Source: an uncultured Nitrospiraceae bacterium
GTDB taxonomy: Bacteria; Nitrospirota; Nitrospiria; Nitrospirales; Nitrospiraceae
Direction: 5' to 3'
Assembly: GCA_963730935.1 (NCBI GenBank)
Contig: CAVSTP010000002.1
Location: forward strand, 64,001-128,000
DNA: 64,000 nucleotides
Below the pieces are notes generated by a model. That model was given only the letters and a program-made list of their open reading frames with translations, had not been told where the DNA came from and made no database searches. The translations under genes and the position numbers were made by a program. Numbering within the stretch: position 1 is the first letter of the stretch; each line of letters starts with the position of its first letter. Positions 41,136-51,336 of the stretch are shown piece by piece.

Positions 41136-41939
41136 TTACTTCTTCTTCTCGGCTTCTTTCTTTTCGGCTTTCGGAGCAGCGGCGGCAGCGGCGCCTTCTT
41201 TCTTCTCTCCCGCTTTGGCTTCAGCACCGGGTGCCGGAGCAGCGGCTGCGGCACCGGGAGCAGCGGCGACTTCCTCCCCTTCGGCCGCTGCCTTGCCCTT
41301 GATCGCAACCTCCGGCTCTTTGGCCCCCTCAGGGCCTGCGGCTTGGCTCGTCAGTAGCGCCTCGAGCTTGGCATCGGATATCGGCACCGCCACGCTGACC
41401 ACCATCTGATCCGGATCGTCGAGGTACCGAACGCCTTCGATCTTTGCCATCTCCTTGAGGTGAATACCCTGCCCGATGGCGAACCCCGATGCATCGACTT
41501 CGATGTGGTCCGGCAGCGCGCCCGGCAAACACTCGACATGCAGTTCACGCGTATTGTAGAGAAGGATGCCGCCTTCCTTGACGCCCGCCGGAGTACCTCC
41601 GATCACATGGACCGGCACTTTGACACGAATCGGCTTGTCCATCGAGATTTCGAAGAGATCGGCATGCAAAACGTTGCCTTCCACTGGATCCACCTGGAAG
41701 TCACGCAGCAGCGCGGTCCGCTTGGCCTTGGATTTGGCCCCATTAACCGTCAGTGTAATCAGGGCCGTACTTCCCGCCTGGGACTTCAAAATCTTGGTCA
41801 ATGGTTCCGGCTCGATCGTCAACAACAAACACTCACCTTGGCCGTACAGCACGCCGGGAACCTTTCCGCTCCGGCGAAGTTGACGCGCCACGCCTTTTCC
41901 GGATTTCTCTCTCACCGTCACTGCCAAATCGAATTTCAT
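41136..41939 (-). CDS. rplY: 50S ribosomal protein L25 (Ctc type)
   Basis: RQLRRSGKVPGVLYG, HADL, GVKEGG; Ala/Lys/Glu-rich tail. Confidence 0.95.
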   Translation of the reverse strand: MKFDLAVTVREKSGKGVARQLRRSGKVPGVLYGQGECLLLTIEPEPLTKILKSQAGSTALITLTVNGAKSKAKRTALLRDFQVDPVEGNVLHADLFEISMDKPIRVKVPVHVIGGTPAGVKEGGILLYNTRELHVECLPGALPDHIEVDASGFAIGQGIHLKEMAKIEGVRYLDDPDQMVVSVAVPISDAKLEALLTSQAAGPEGAKEPEVAIKGKAAAEGEEVAAAPGAAAAAPAPGAEAKAGEKKEGAAAAAAPKAEKKEAEKKK

Positions 41940-41980
41940 GATGCTCCTCCGTCCCCTCGCTCTCTTGACGCTGTCTTGTC

Positions 41981-42922
41981 CTAGGCAAACAGCGAGCTGA
42001 CCGACTCATCCGCATGGATGCGTCGGATCGCCTCGCCGAGCAGCGGCGCCACTGACAATTGATGAATTTTCGGGCACAATCGCTGCTTGTCCTGTAATGG
42101 AATCGTATTCGTCGTGATGACTTGTGTCAGGCATGATTGCTGAAGCCGGTCGAGTGCAGGCCCAGAGAGCACAGCGTGCGTACAGGCGGTCCACACCTCC
42201 CGTGCGCCCTTGTCCGCACAAGCCTGAGCCCCTTGTACAATCGTTCCCGCGGTATCGACCATGTCGTCCAGCAGAAGTGCGCTCTTTCCCTTGATGTCTC
42301 CGATGATGTTCATGATCTGCGTCTGGTTCGGGCCCTCTCGTCGTTTGTCGATGATGGCTAGATTCGCCTGTAGCCGCTTGGCAAACGCACGGGCTCGTTC
42401 CACGCCCCCGGCGTCGGGCGACACGATCACCAGATCGCTGACCTTCTTCTTCGTGATGTAATCCAAGATTACCGGCAACGCATAGAGATGGTCCACGGGA
42501 ACGTTGAAAAAGCCCTGGATTTGTCCGGCGTGCAGATCCATGGTCAGGACCCTGTCCGCACCGGCGGTTGTAATGAGATCCGCAACAAGCTTTGCCGTGA
42601 TGGGCACACGCGGCTGATCCTTCCGATCCTGCCGAGCATATCCGAAATAGGGTATGACGGCCGTGATGCGGTAGGCCGAGGAGCGTTTCAAGGCATCGAT
42701 CATGATGAGCAACTCCATGAGGGAGTCGTTCACCGGGCTGCAGGTGGATTGCACCACGTAGACATCCGCACCGCGCACGTTTTCTTCAATCTTGATGCGG
42801 ATTTCTCCGTCGCTGAACGACGAAACCGTCGCCTCGCCGAGCTTTGCGCCGAGGTAGGCGCAGATCTCATGAGCGAGGGCGAGATTCGCATTGCCAGAGA
42901 AAATCATCAATTCTCTGCTCAT
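41981..42922 (-). CDS. prs: Ribose-phosphate pyrophosphokinase
   Basis: [41 protein letters not shown]. Confidence 0.98.
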   Translation of the reverse strand: MSRELMIFSGNANLALAHEICAYLGAKLGEATVSSFSDGEIRIKIEENVRGADVYVVQSTCSPVNDSLMELLIMIDALKRSSAYRITAVIPYFGYARQDRKDQPRVPITAKLVADLITTAGADRVLTMDLHAGQIQGFFNVPVDHLYALPVILDYITKKKVSDLVIVSPDAGGVERARAFAKRLQANLAIIDKRREGPNQTQIMNIIGDIKGKSALLLDDMVDTAGTIVQGAQACADKGAREVWTACTHAVLSGPALDRLQQSCLTQVITTNTIPLQDKQRLCPKIHQLSVAPLLGEAIRRIHADESVSSLFA

Positions 42923-43067
42923 CGATCCCTCGACTAATTCCCCGTGCCTGGAACAGGAAGTGTTGCTCGTACGTGGTTCGTCTCGACGGCTGGCGTCGGT
43001 GGGCGTAGTCTCGAACCCGCCACCCTTATTTGCTGCGCGCTGTTGAGGAAGCCAACTAAGAGGCTGA

Positions 43068-43097
43068 ACTGTAACGGAAATCAGGGAAGCTTGTCAA
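43068..43097 (-). promoter_or_regulatory. Sigma70-type promoter for prs-rplY-pth-ychF
   Basis: TTGACA-N18-TACAGT; implies a leader of about 140 nt. Confidence 0.6.
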
Positions 43098-43123
43098 CCG
43101 AGTGCGGCTTCCTGGGGAATATC

Positions 43124-44044
43124 CTATGACGTCCTGAGCGGGCCGGAACACGTTGGAACGACAAAGAGATTGAGCTCTGCGTCCTGCGCCAGCTCAGCCC
43201 CTGCACGCCGCGCCGTGGATTCCTCGTCGAAGAGCCCAAAGACCGTCGCGCCGCTACCGGACAGCAGGGCAAATTGAGCGCCTCTCGTCAGCAGGGAGCG
43301 CTTGATTTCTCCAAGTTGGGGATGGCGGGCAAATACCGGAATCTCAAAATCATTTTCTATACTGGCTGCCACCTGACTCCATGTGATCCTGTCGCGCCGG
43401 GCGAGTTCGCCATGATCGGCGGACAGCTGTCGCACTCCGGGTCTTGTGGCCGCCAATTCCTGGTACGCCCATTTCGTCTCGATCCCAAATGCAGGTTTGA
43501 CCAGCACAATCCAGCGGCCGCCTTCGATGGTGACCGGTCTGACCGATTCGCCCCGGCCGGATACGATCGCTGAAGGCGCAAACAGGAAGAACGCGACATC
43601 GCTGCCCAACGCCTGCCCGACTTCCGCCATCTTCGCCCTCGACCACCCGAGCTTCAACGACTGATTGAGGCCTACGATGGTTGCCGCCGCATCACTGCTT
43701 CCGCCGCCCAGTCCAGCGCCCATCGGAACACGCTTGTGAAGCTCGATGTCCACCCCGACCGACAGCCGTGCATGATCGAGAACCGCTGACGCCGCCTTCG
43801 AGACAAGATTGGTATGATCGACGGACAGACCCTCCACATTGCAGGCCAACCTGATCCCCCGCCGCGAGGGTGTGACGCGCATCGTCACCGCGTCTTCGAG
43901 CGCGACCGTGTGCATGATCGACCAGAGGTTGTGATAGCCGTCGGAGCGTCGATCCAATATGCGAAGGATCAAATTGACTTTGGCAGGAGCATGAACGGTG
44001 ACGGGAATTTCTGGAGGAAGGGATGCTGACTGACCCTTAGTCAC
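43124..44044 (-). CDS. ispE: 4-diphosphocytidyl-2-C-methyl-D-erythritol kinase
   Basis: APAKVNL, PMGAGLGGGSSDAA, LGSDV, NDFE, SGSGATVF. Confidence 0.96.
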   Translation of the reverse strand: MTKGQSASLPPEIPVTVHAPAKVNLILRILDRRSDGYHNLWSIMHTVALEDAVTMRVTPSRRGIRLACNVEGLSVDHTNLVSKAASAVLDHARLSVGVDIELHKRVPMGAGLGGGSSDAAATIVGLNQSLKLGWSRAKMAEVGQALGSDVAFFLFAPSAIVSGRGESVRPVTIEGGRWIVLVKPAFGIETKWAYQELAATRPGVRQLSADHGELARRDRITWSQVAASIENDFEIPVFARHPQLGEIKRSLLTRGAQFALLSGSGATVFGLFDEESTARRAGAELAQDAELNLFVVPTCSGPLRTS

Positions 44045-45422
44045 GGCCTCCTTTTATAGCATACTTCTCCAACCGATAACGGAATGACCTCGTATTGAGT
44101 TTGAGCAAACGGGCTGCTTTCTTCTTCACCCATTTCGAGCGTTCCAACGCTCTCATGAGGAAATCCTTCTCGATGCCGTTGATGAGGCCTTCCAGGTCGA
44201 GTCCGTCTTCGGGGAGATCTGTCGGGATCCCTTGCGACTGCTGAGGAATGACCGCGTGATGCAACCACCCGCGGATGTCGGTGTCGGTGACCGTGTTGCC
44301 CGTTGAAAAGGCGACGACCCGTTCGATCAGATTCTCGAGTTCCCGCACATTGCCGCGCCATTCGTGCCCCAGGAGGACGTGCATGGCTTCCGCCGTCAGG
44401 GTCGGAGCCATCCTCCCGCTTTCTTGGGCAAATTTTTCCAGGAAATGCGCGACGAGCAACGGAATATCGCCCGCTCGAAGTCGAAGCGGGGGAAGGCGGA
44501 TGGGAATGACATCCAGACGGTAGTAGAGATCTTCTCTGAACGATCCGTCTGCGACGGCCTTTTCGAGATCGCGGTTGGTCGCCGCGATCACGCGCACATC
44601 GACCTTCATGTCTTGAGTGCCGCCGACCCGACGGAATTCGCGCTCCTGAATCACACGCAGCAGCTTGACCTGGATGGCCGGCGTCGTGTCGCCGATTTCG
44701 TCCAGGAAAATCGTTCCGCCGTTGGCGATCTCGAACAAGCCTGCTTTGTTCGCCACGGCTCCCGTGAAGGAACCCTTCATATGCCCGAACAGTTCGCTCT
44801 CAAGCAAGGTCTCAGGAACGGCGCTGCAATTGACGGCCACAAAAGACATCGGGCTGCGTGCACTGTTGTAATGGATCGCGCGGGCTACCAGTTCTTTCCC
44901 CGTGCCGCTTTCGCCGCAGATGAGGACGTTGCTTTTCGAATCGGCCACTTTGCGAACCACGTCGAAGACTTTTTGCATGGCTTCGCTCTGCCCGACGATC
45001 TGCGCGAACGACGACTGGCTGGCAATTTCGCGCTTGAGCAGCATGTTCTCGGTCGACAGTCGGCGTTTCTCGAGGGCATTGCGGATGATGAGCTGAACCT
45101 CGTCCACCTGAAACGGCTTGGTGAGGTAATCGTAAGCACCTTGCTTCATCGCCTCGACGGCCGAGTCCGCTGTGCCGAAGGCGGTCACCACCAGTACCAC
45201 CGTCTCGGGTGAGGACGATTTCACCGCCTTGAGGACATCCATTCCGTCAGCCTTGGGCATGCGAAGATCGGTAATGACGAGATCGTAGATATCTTTATTG
45301 ACCTGGCCGATGGCTTGCTCGCCGTCGGAGGCTTCGGTCACCTCGTAGCCTGCTCGCTTGAGCATGATGCTCATGACTTCGCGCAAGCTCTTCTCGTCAT
45401 CGACGACTAGGATCTTTTCCAC
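44037..45422 (-). CDS. pilR: Sigma54-dependent response regulator (PilR-like)
   Basis: Receiver domain, GESGTGKE, GSFTGA, FREDLYYRL, GNVREL, HTH; adjacent to pilS and pilC. Confidence 0.85.
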   Translation of the reverse strand: MEKILVVDDEKSLREVMSIMLKRAGYEVTEASDGEQAIGQVNKDIYDLVITDLRMPKADGMDVLKAVKSSSPETVVLVVTAFGTADSAVEAMKQGAYDYLTKPFQVDEVQLIIRNALEKRRLSTENMLLKREIASQSSFAQIVGQSEAMQKVFDVVRKVADSKSNVLICGESGTGKELVARAIHYNSARSPMSFVAVNCSAVPETLLESELFGHMKGSFTGAVANKAGLFEIANGGTIFLDEIGDTTPAIQVKLLRVIQEREFRRVGGTQDMKVDVRVIAATNRDLEKAVADGSFREDLYYRLDVIPIRLPPLRLRAGDIPLLVAHFLEKFAQESGRMAPTLTAEAMHVLLGHEWRGNVRELENLIERVVAFSTGNTVTDTDIRGWLHHAVIPQQSQGIPTDLPEDGLDLEGLINGIEKDFLMRALERSKWVKKKAARLLKLNTRSFRYRLEKYAIKGGRD

Positions 45423-47098
45423 GGTGTTCGCCCCTCATGCCATAACCGTACACCATCGCCCCCGGAACGGGGCAGACAGACCACAAAGCGGGTCCCTTGC
45501 TGGGGCTGGCTTTCCACTTTGATCCAGCCCCCATGGAGATCGACGATGCGATGCACTGCCGCGAGCCCTAGACCCGAGCCTTCTTTTTTTGTCGTGAAAA
45601 AAGGGAGAAAAATCTTGTCCAGATTCCCTGGAGCAATGCCTTCTCCTGTGTCCTGAAAGGCGATTTCAACGACATCGCCTTTGCGTCCTCCGGCGTCGAT
45701 GTGACGAGACCCGGTCGTGATGGTCAGCTTTCCGCCCTCCGGCATGGCATCAAACGCATTCGTGGCGAGGTTCCAAAACACTTGCCGCATCTGGTTCTGG
45801 TCCACTTGGGCTGAGAGGGCCCCCCCGGCCAATGACGTTGCGATCGTGATCTGTTTTCTGTTCCGCGCTTCATGTTGTACTAGATCCAACGTCTCGGCAA
45901 GAATTTTGTCTATATTATGCTCAGCCAAGTCGAGGGCCGGCGGCCTCGCATATTGAAGAAATTCGGTGATGATGGCGTCGAGTCTCGTGGCTTCGCGGAC
46001 CGCGATGTCCATGAGTCGTCGATCGGTAGCGTCGGAAATCGCTTCCTTACGCAGCATCTGCATCGCGCCGGCCAACGCCCCGAGGGGATTCCTGATTTCG
46101 TGTGCCATGCCGGCCGACATCTCGCCGAGATTGGCGAGCCATTCCTTGCGACGCATTTCTTCTTCGAGATCCCGAATCTGGGTCAGATCCTTGAAGACTC
46201 CAACCAATCCGTGCGGTTCATCTTGCTCGTGCAACGGCGAGACAGTCATGCCGAGCACAAGCCGGTTCCCATTGGCGCCCTTGCATTCCACTTCAAACCG
46301 CGTCATGGCGGGCACGGCCGGGGCTGGTCCTTCGTCTGACGACTCGTTCGGATGCCAATTGAAGATTTCACGCCAGGACCGTCCAAATACTTGCCCGGCC
46401 GAATAGCCCGTCACTTCCTGCGCCGCAGGGTTGAACGAGGTGACCGCGCCTGTTGCATCGGCCGTGAACACCCCGCTGCTGATGCTTCGGACGATGTTCT
46501 CGTGAAAGGCCTGGAGGCGGGTCAATCCCTGTTCCTTCTCGCGCAACGATTGATCTGCCAGATGAAGCTGCTCCGCCAAGGTTCCGCTCAAGAGGCCGAC
46601 GACGAGCAGAGCCAAGGCATAGACCCCGAAGGTTTGAAGCATCGATGCGGGACTGATGTGGCCGATCTGGCCGGTCCAGCTTGGAGCCAGTCCGTAGAGC
46701 TGCGCATTGGTGACGACGCCGAACACAATGATGCAGGTGCAGGCGGCAAAGAGCCCAACCCGGCGTTGCGGGATCAAGCTGGCCACGGCCACGGTGATGA
46801 CATAGAGAACCGCGAACGGACTCTCGACGCCCCCGGTGCGTGCGACGAGGACCGTTTCCAACAGGAAATCGATGCCTACTTGCGTCCAAAAAAAGGCTGT
46901 GAGAGCGGACGGGGTTTTGAGCGCTCGGAGGAGCACCGCGGAAGGAATCGTGAGGGCATAGGTCAGGACGATCAGCGCATAGAAAGTTTCTAGACGAGTA
47001 CCGGCTGCTTCGAAGACAATGGACACACCCAGCATCAGGGTGACGAACGTCACCCGCAGCCCCATCAACCAATGAAGCCTGGCGCGCAACGCGTCCAT
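45407..47098 (-). CDS. pilS: Sensor histidine kinase (PilS-like)
   Basis: Multi-TM N-terminus with TGGVESPF, PAS, AHEIRNPL, HATPase (DTGEG, FLPFFTTK, GSGLGL). Confidence 0.85.
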   Translation of the reverse strand: MDALRARLHWLMGLRVTFVTLMLGVSIVFEAAGTRLETFYALIVLTYALTIPSAVLLRALKTPSALTAFFWTQVGIDFLLETVLVARTGGVESPFAVLYVITVAVASLIPQRRVGLFAACTCIIVFGVVTNAQLYGLAPSWTGQIGHISPASMLQTFGVYALALLVVGLLSGTLAEQLHLADQSLREKEQGLTRLQAFHENIVRSISSGVFTADATGAVTSFNPAAQEVTGYSAGQVFGRSWREIFNWHPNESSDEGPAPAVPAMTRFEVECKGANGNRLVLGMTVSPLHEQDEPHGLVGVFKDLTQIRDLEEEMRRKEWLANLGEMSAGMAHEIRNPLGALAGAMQMLRKEAISDATDRRLMDIAVREATRLDAIITEFLQYARPPALDLAEHNIDKILAETLDLVQHEARNRKQITIATSLAGGALSAQVDQNQMRQVFWNLATNAFDAMPEGGKLTITTGSRHIDAGGRKGDVVEIAFQDTGEGIAPGNLDKIFLPFFTTKKEGSGLGLAAVHRIVDLHGGWIKVESQPQQGTRFVVCLPRSGGDGVRLWHEGRTPWKRS

Positions 47099-47171
47099 CA
47101 GTTGTCGCGGTTAAAAGATGCCTACCCAGCCGGGTGAGGCATTGAAGGAGTCTTGCGATGGGTGCAACAGC

Positions 47172-48383
47172 TTAGCCAATCGCCGATGCCATTTTGAAAA
47201 TGGGCAGATACATCGCGATGACAATGAACCCGATCACGACGCCCAAGAACACCATCATCATCGGTTCGAGCAGCGACGTCAGAGAGGCCACCGCCTGGTC
47301 GACCTCATCCTCGTAAAAGTCGGCAATCTTTCCCAGCATGGCATCCAACGCGCCGGTGGATTCTCCGACGGCAATCATGTGGGTAACCATCTTAGGAAAC
47401 ACCTGGCTCGCGGTCAGTGGATCGGCGATGGTTTTGCCTCCGCTGATACTGACCCGCGCGTTCAACAGCGCTTCTTCGATGACTTTGTTGCCGGAGGTCT
47501 TTGCGCAAATGATCAAGCCGTCCAGCAGCGGGACGCCGCTCGACAGCAATGTTCCGAGCGTTCTTGTGAATTTCGCAACGGACGCCTTTCGAATGAGATC
47601 ACCGAATACGGGGGTCTTCAACAGGAACTTGTCGATGGCGTACCTTCCTTTGGGCGTCGCATAATATTTCTTGATGATCATGACGGCACCGAAGATCAAG
47701 CCGGCTCCGATGTACCAATACGATTGAAAGGCGTTGCTGATATCAATCACGAGCTGCGTGGGACCCGGCAACCCGACTTTCCCTCCCGAGAGCTCGTCGA
47801 ACATCTTCGCGAAAATCGGAATCACGAAGATCATCAGGACGGTGATGACGATGCCCGCCACGCCGAGAATCGCCGAAGGGTAAATCATCGCGGATTTGAT
47901 CTGTCCCTTCAGCTTCATCGCCTTTTCAATGTGCTTGGCCAGACGGGTCAAAATGGTGTCAAGGAGACCGCCCACTTCGCCGGCGTGCACCATGTTCACG
48001 TAAAGGTCGTCGAACACCTTTGGATGCTTCCGCAGCGCGTCTGAAAAGGTGGAACCAGCTTCTACTTGTCCTCTCACGTCGCCGACGGTGTCACGGAGGA
48101 CCTTATTTTCCGATTGCGTGGAGAGAATTTCGAGGCATTGCACGAGCGGCAGGCCGGCGTTGATCATTGTGCCGAATTGTCTTGTAAAGACGACGAGGTC
48201 CTTGTCGGTCAATCCGGAGCCGAAGCTGAACTTCAGCCCACCGCCGGTTTTTTCTTCCAGACTCGTGACGACGACGCTCTGCTTCCGGAGTTGGTCGACC
48301 GCGTCGTCCTTACTTTTGGCGGTGAGTTCCCCTTTTTTCACCGACCCGGATCGTGTCCGCCCGACATACGCAAATGTCGTCAT
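47172..48383 (-). CDS. pilC: Type IV pilus platform protein (T2SS F family)
   Basis: FTRQFGTMINAGLPL, AGEVGG, SAMIYP, GESTGALD, AMYLPIF. Confidence 0.93.
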   Translation of the reverse strand: MTTFAYVGRTRSGSVKKGELTAKSKDDAVDQLRKQSVVVTSLEEKTGGGLKFSFGSGLTDKDLVVFTRQFGTMINAGLPLVQCLEILSTQSENKVLRDTVGDVRGQVEAGSTFSDALRKHPKVFDDLYVNMVHAGEVGGLLDTILTRLAKHIEKAMKLKGQIKSAMIYPSAILGVAGIVITVLMIFVIPIFAKMFDELSGGKVGLPGPTQLVIDISNAFQSYWYIGAGLIFGAVMIIKKYYATPKGRYAIDKFLLKTPVFGDLIRKASVAKFTRTLGTLLSSGVPLLDGLIICAKTSGNKVIEEALLNARVSISGGKTIADPLTASQVFPKMVTHMIAVGESTGALDAMLGKIADFYEDEVDQAVASLTSLLEPMMMVFLGVVIGFIVIAMYLPIFKMASAIG

Positions 48384-48450
48384 AGGTCACTCTCATCCTT
48401 CGAGGCTTCGCTCAACGGCCGGTTTTCTCGGCGAAATTACCTACTTGGCG

Positions 48451-48479
48451 AGTCTACTGGCGACCTAAAAACCTGTCAA
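48451..48479 (-). promoter_or_regulatory. Sigma70-type promoter for pilC
   Basis: TTGACA-N17-TAGACT. Confidence 0.65.
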
Positions 48480-48530
48480 ACAAATGCAGAATCTATGCGG
48501 AGGCTGACGACGAGGGCGTAGGATGAGAAC

Positions 48531-49067
48531 TTAAGACGGGGAGGACCCGGCTGACCGATAGCCACGATACAAATAATGACAGCCCGATGACACCGTAAAT
48601 GCCACCATTGCGATTAGCAGAGGGTTGAGTAAGGACAGATCCATCTGACGGGAACTGAGAAAAATGACGAGCAGCACGTAGGCCAGTTGGAGAAAGGTCG
48701 CCCCTTTCCCGAAAAACGTTGGCGCAATGTCGATGTTCGACTCGGTAAACTGCGCCACTGCGGTTCCCAGCAGCAGCATGGCATCACGGCTCACCACGAG
48801 GATCGTCACCCACGAAGGAATAAGATGGATGGTCGAAAGCGTAATGAACCCGGAGGTCAGGAGCAGTTTATCGGCCAACGGGTCCAGGAAGGCGCCTAAA
48901 CGCGTCCGTTGATTGGCAGCCCGGGCGATCGTGCCATCGAGCGCATCGGTCACACCGGCCAGCAGTAACACACCCATCGCCGCGTCGAAGCGCTCGTAAA
49001 CCAACAACCCGACATAGATGGGAATCAGCAAAATGCGAAGGATGGTCAGGCTGTTGGGGATATTCAT
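48531..49067 (-). CDS. CDP-alcohol phosphatidyltransferase (PgsA-like)
   Basis: MNIPNSLTILRI; TDALDGTIAR...GAFLDPLADK signature. Confidence 0.9.
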   Translation of the reverse strand: MNIPNSLTILRILLIPIYVGLLVYERFDAAMGVLLLAGVTDALDGTIARAANQRTRLGAFLDPLADKLLLTSGFITLSTIHLIPSWVTILVVSRDAMLLLGTAVAQFTESNIDIAPTFFGKGATFLQLAYVLLVIFLSSRQMDLSLLNPLLIAMVAFTVSSGCHYLYRGYRSAGSSPS

Positions 49068-49106
49068 GCGGTCTCGAACACAGGCGGCAACCGCGACGAG
49101 CACGGA

Positions 49107-49168
49107 ATAATAGGTGGGCACCGCAATGAAGTCAACGGCTTGCAGTCAGCTTCGGATGTGCCTATACT
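49107..49168. promoter_or_regulatory. Back-to-back divergent sigma70-type promoters
   Basis: Minus strand TTGACT-N17-TATTAT (49135-49107); plus strand TTGCAG-N17-TATACT (49140-49168). Confidence 0.6.
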
Positions 49169-49199
49169 GCAGCCTCTTCGAAGGCGTACGGAGGAGTCG

Positions 49200-49517
49200 A
49201 TGAATGCTCTGGCTTCACTGTTTAAACGAGACGGACTGATCGAGAAACATCAGTTGGAAGGCGTCGATCCAAGCGATCGCTACTTCAACCGGGCCGTTCT
49301 CGTCAATCGCACCTCGTCGGGTTACCAAGCCAAGGTTATGTACGAGGCTCTGACTGTGGAAGGCCAATCGCATCCTACGATCGCTGCCGCCGTCACGGAA
49401 CTGGTGCAAAAACTCCAGGCCTTCGGGTTCATCCGGCTCCGGAGCCGGGCAAATTTCAAGGGCTCCAAATACCTCGCCGAAAAAGAAACCTGGATCGAAT
49501 ACCCCGACCGCACCTGA
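49200..49517 (+). CDS. Hypothetical protein (105 aa)
   Basis: SD GGAGG, its own promoter, clean fit between convergent/divergent neighbours. Confidence 0.75.
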   Translation: MNALASLFKRDGLIEKHQLEGVDPSDRYFNRAVLVNRTSSGYQAKVMYEALTVEGQSHPTIAAAVTELVQKLQAFGFIRLRSRANFKGSKYLAEKETWIEYPDRT

Positions 49518-49520
49518 CCC

Positions 49521-50648
49521 CTAGGCACGCGTCAATACCCCATAGGCCAGATCGTGGATGAGGGGCCGGAAGACCCGAATTGAGTCGTTGCTTCGGCTCG
49601 GATGTACGCGGTTCGTCAGCAACACCAGTTCCAGCTTCCTCCGTGGATCAATCCACAGAGACGTGCCGGTGAATCCGAGATGGCCGAAGGACTCAGGCGA
49701 GAAATGAGTTCCGGAGGAAGAAGGTGCCGTCGGCGTATCCCAGCCCAAGGCCCAGCTCGATTCCCGAGGATGCGATTGCTTTGTGGTGAACTCCCGAACA
49801 AGCCGCCGATCAAGGATGGATCGGGTTCCGTGGTAGCCCGCTACCCAGGCACCCGAGACGGCGAGCACAGCTTCCGCAGTTCCAAATAGGCCGGCATGTC
49901 CCGCGACACCACCCATCGCTGCGGCATTTTCGTCGTGCACTTCGCCTTTCAGCATGCGTTGTCTCCAGTCATCCCATTCTGTGGGTGCGCTCGTCACATC
50001 CGGCCGACTGACTAGAGATTGAGGCGCTGCCGCCCCGGTACGGTTGAAGAACAGCGCGTTCACCCCGAGCGGCCGTGCGACCGCCTCGTAAAAATACTCA
50101 TCCAAGGACAGGCCACTTGCTCGTTCCACCGCACACCCCAACAAGATAAACCCCAGATCGCTGTATAGGCTCTGCTCACCGACCTGAGACACGAGTGATT
50201 CCTCTCTGATGAGGCGCAGTACCGACTGCCTCACGATGCCTGGTGCAGCCCGGCCCCATGCACATCCTTCGGCATTCAGCCGTTCATAGAGCGGACGCCA
50301 TCCAGGCAAGCCTGAGCGATGACTCAACAAGTCGCGGACGGAGGCTAGGCCAATCGGCGCATGCTTCAACTCGACGAGCACGTCCCCCACTGCGACATCG
50401 AGCTTGAGTTTTCCCGCTTGCACGAGCAGGAGGACTGACGTCACTGTCGCGAGGGGCTTGGTCAACGATGCAAGATCATAGAGGGTTGATGGCTGGACCG
50501 GTTGAGCAGCGGATTCGGAGGAAAGTCGCCCGGCAACCACGAGGATCCTGATCTCGCCGTCCAACCGCCCTGCCAACACTCCACCGGGAAAAACGCCGTC
50601 CCGCACAGCCTGATCCATGGCAGCTTGGATAACGCCGATGTCCTTCAT
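49521..50648 (-). CDS. Serine hydrolase, class C beta-lactamase-like (start uncertain)
   Basis: YDLASLTK (SxxK), LLSHRSG, YSDLG, GEVHDENA, GHAGLF, FGHLGFTG. Confidence 0.85.
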   Translation of the reverse strand: MKDIGVIQAAMDQAVRDGVFPGGVLAGRLDGEIRILVVAGRLSSESAAQPVQPSTLYDLASLTKPLATVTSVLLLVQAGKLKLDVAVGDVLVELKHAPIGLASVRDLLSHRSGLPGWRPLYERLNAEGCAWGRAAPGIVRQSVLRLIREESLVSQVGEQSLYSDLGFILLGCAVERASGLSLDEYFYEAVARPLGVNALFFNRTGAAAPQSLVSRPDVTSAPTEWDDWRQRMLKGEVHDENAAAMGGVAGHAGLFGTAEAVLAVSGAWVAGYHGTRSILDRRLVREFTTKQSHPRESSWALGWDTPTAPSSSGTHFSPESFGHLGFTGTSLWIDPRRKLELVLLTNRVHPSRSNDSIRVFRPLIHDLAYGVLTRA

Positions 50649-50807
50649 CTCGGAACAGCGAGGTGCGGCGAAGGGAAGCGTGTGGACGCCGCAGCCGGCG
50701 TGTGCCAGGGTGGTAAGCAGAGACAAGCAGCGGGGAGCTGGTGTGCAGCAGGGAACGAGACAACCGGTGGGTAACGCGTGCTGGAGAAGGAGCGTTCCGA
50801 CATGCGG

Positions 50808-51320
50808 TTACAATGCCGGGCTCGACTCTCCCTCCAACTTGTGCTCAGCGTGTGTCGCACCATCATGGAAGGCCTCTTGCTCCTCGACCTCGAGCATGCG
50901 CTCGTACGTGCGCAAGGTCGCCCGCAAGCGTTCCACCATCAACAGGCGCTGCTTCTGAAGGGTCGACAGATCCCGCTGGGTATTAGAGAGTTCCACCCGA
51001 GCCTGACGGATCATTTCACCCGCCTTCAGCTCGGCCTCCTTGATGACCAGCTCGGACTCACGTTGGGCGCTGCGCTTCACGTCTTCCGCGAGCGACTGAG
51101 CGGATACGAGCGTATTCGAGAGCGTCGCTTCGGTGCGCTTCAATTCCGTCAATTGCTGCTCGAGAAAGACGATCTTCTCACGCTGGACCGCGTTTTCGCG
51201 ATTCAACTCCTCGACGGTTTCGGCGATCTCCTCCAGGAAACGATTGACTTCTTCCTTGTCGTAGCCCCGGAAACCCGTCCTGAAGACGGTCTGTTGGATG
51301 TCCAGCGGTGTGATTTTCAT
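50808..51320 (-). CDS. divIVA: DivIVA domain protein
   Basis: ITPLDIQQTVF...FRGYDKEEVNRFL followed by a coiled coil. Confidence 0.92.
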   Translation of the reverse strand: MKITPLDIQQTVFRTGFRGYDKEEVNRFLEEIAETVEELNRENAVQREKIVFLEQQLTELKRTEATLSNTLVSAQSLAEDVKRSAQRESELVIKEAELKAGEMIRQARVELSNTQRDLSTLQKQRLLMVERLRATLRTYERMLEVEEQEAFHDGATHAEHKLEGESSPAL

Positions 51321-51336
51321 GGCGCCCCCCTTCGCG

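Noticed and set aside
41136..41300. Repetitive GCN-rich tract
   Set aside because: Encodes the ordinary low-complexity Ala/Lys/Glu tail of L25/Ctc; not a DNA repeat element.
42940..43070. Intact tRNA gene between ispE and prs
   Set aside because: No cloverleaf can be built (no D arm or anticodon arm); reported only as a tRNA-like element.
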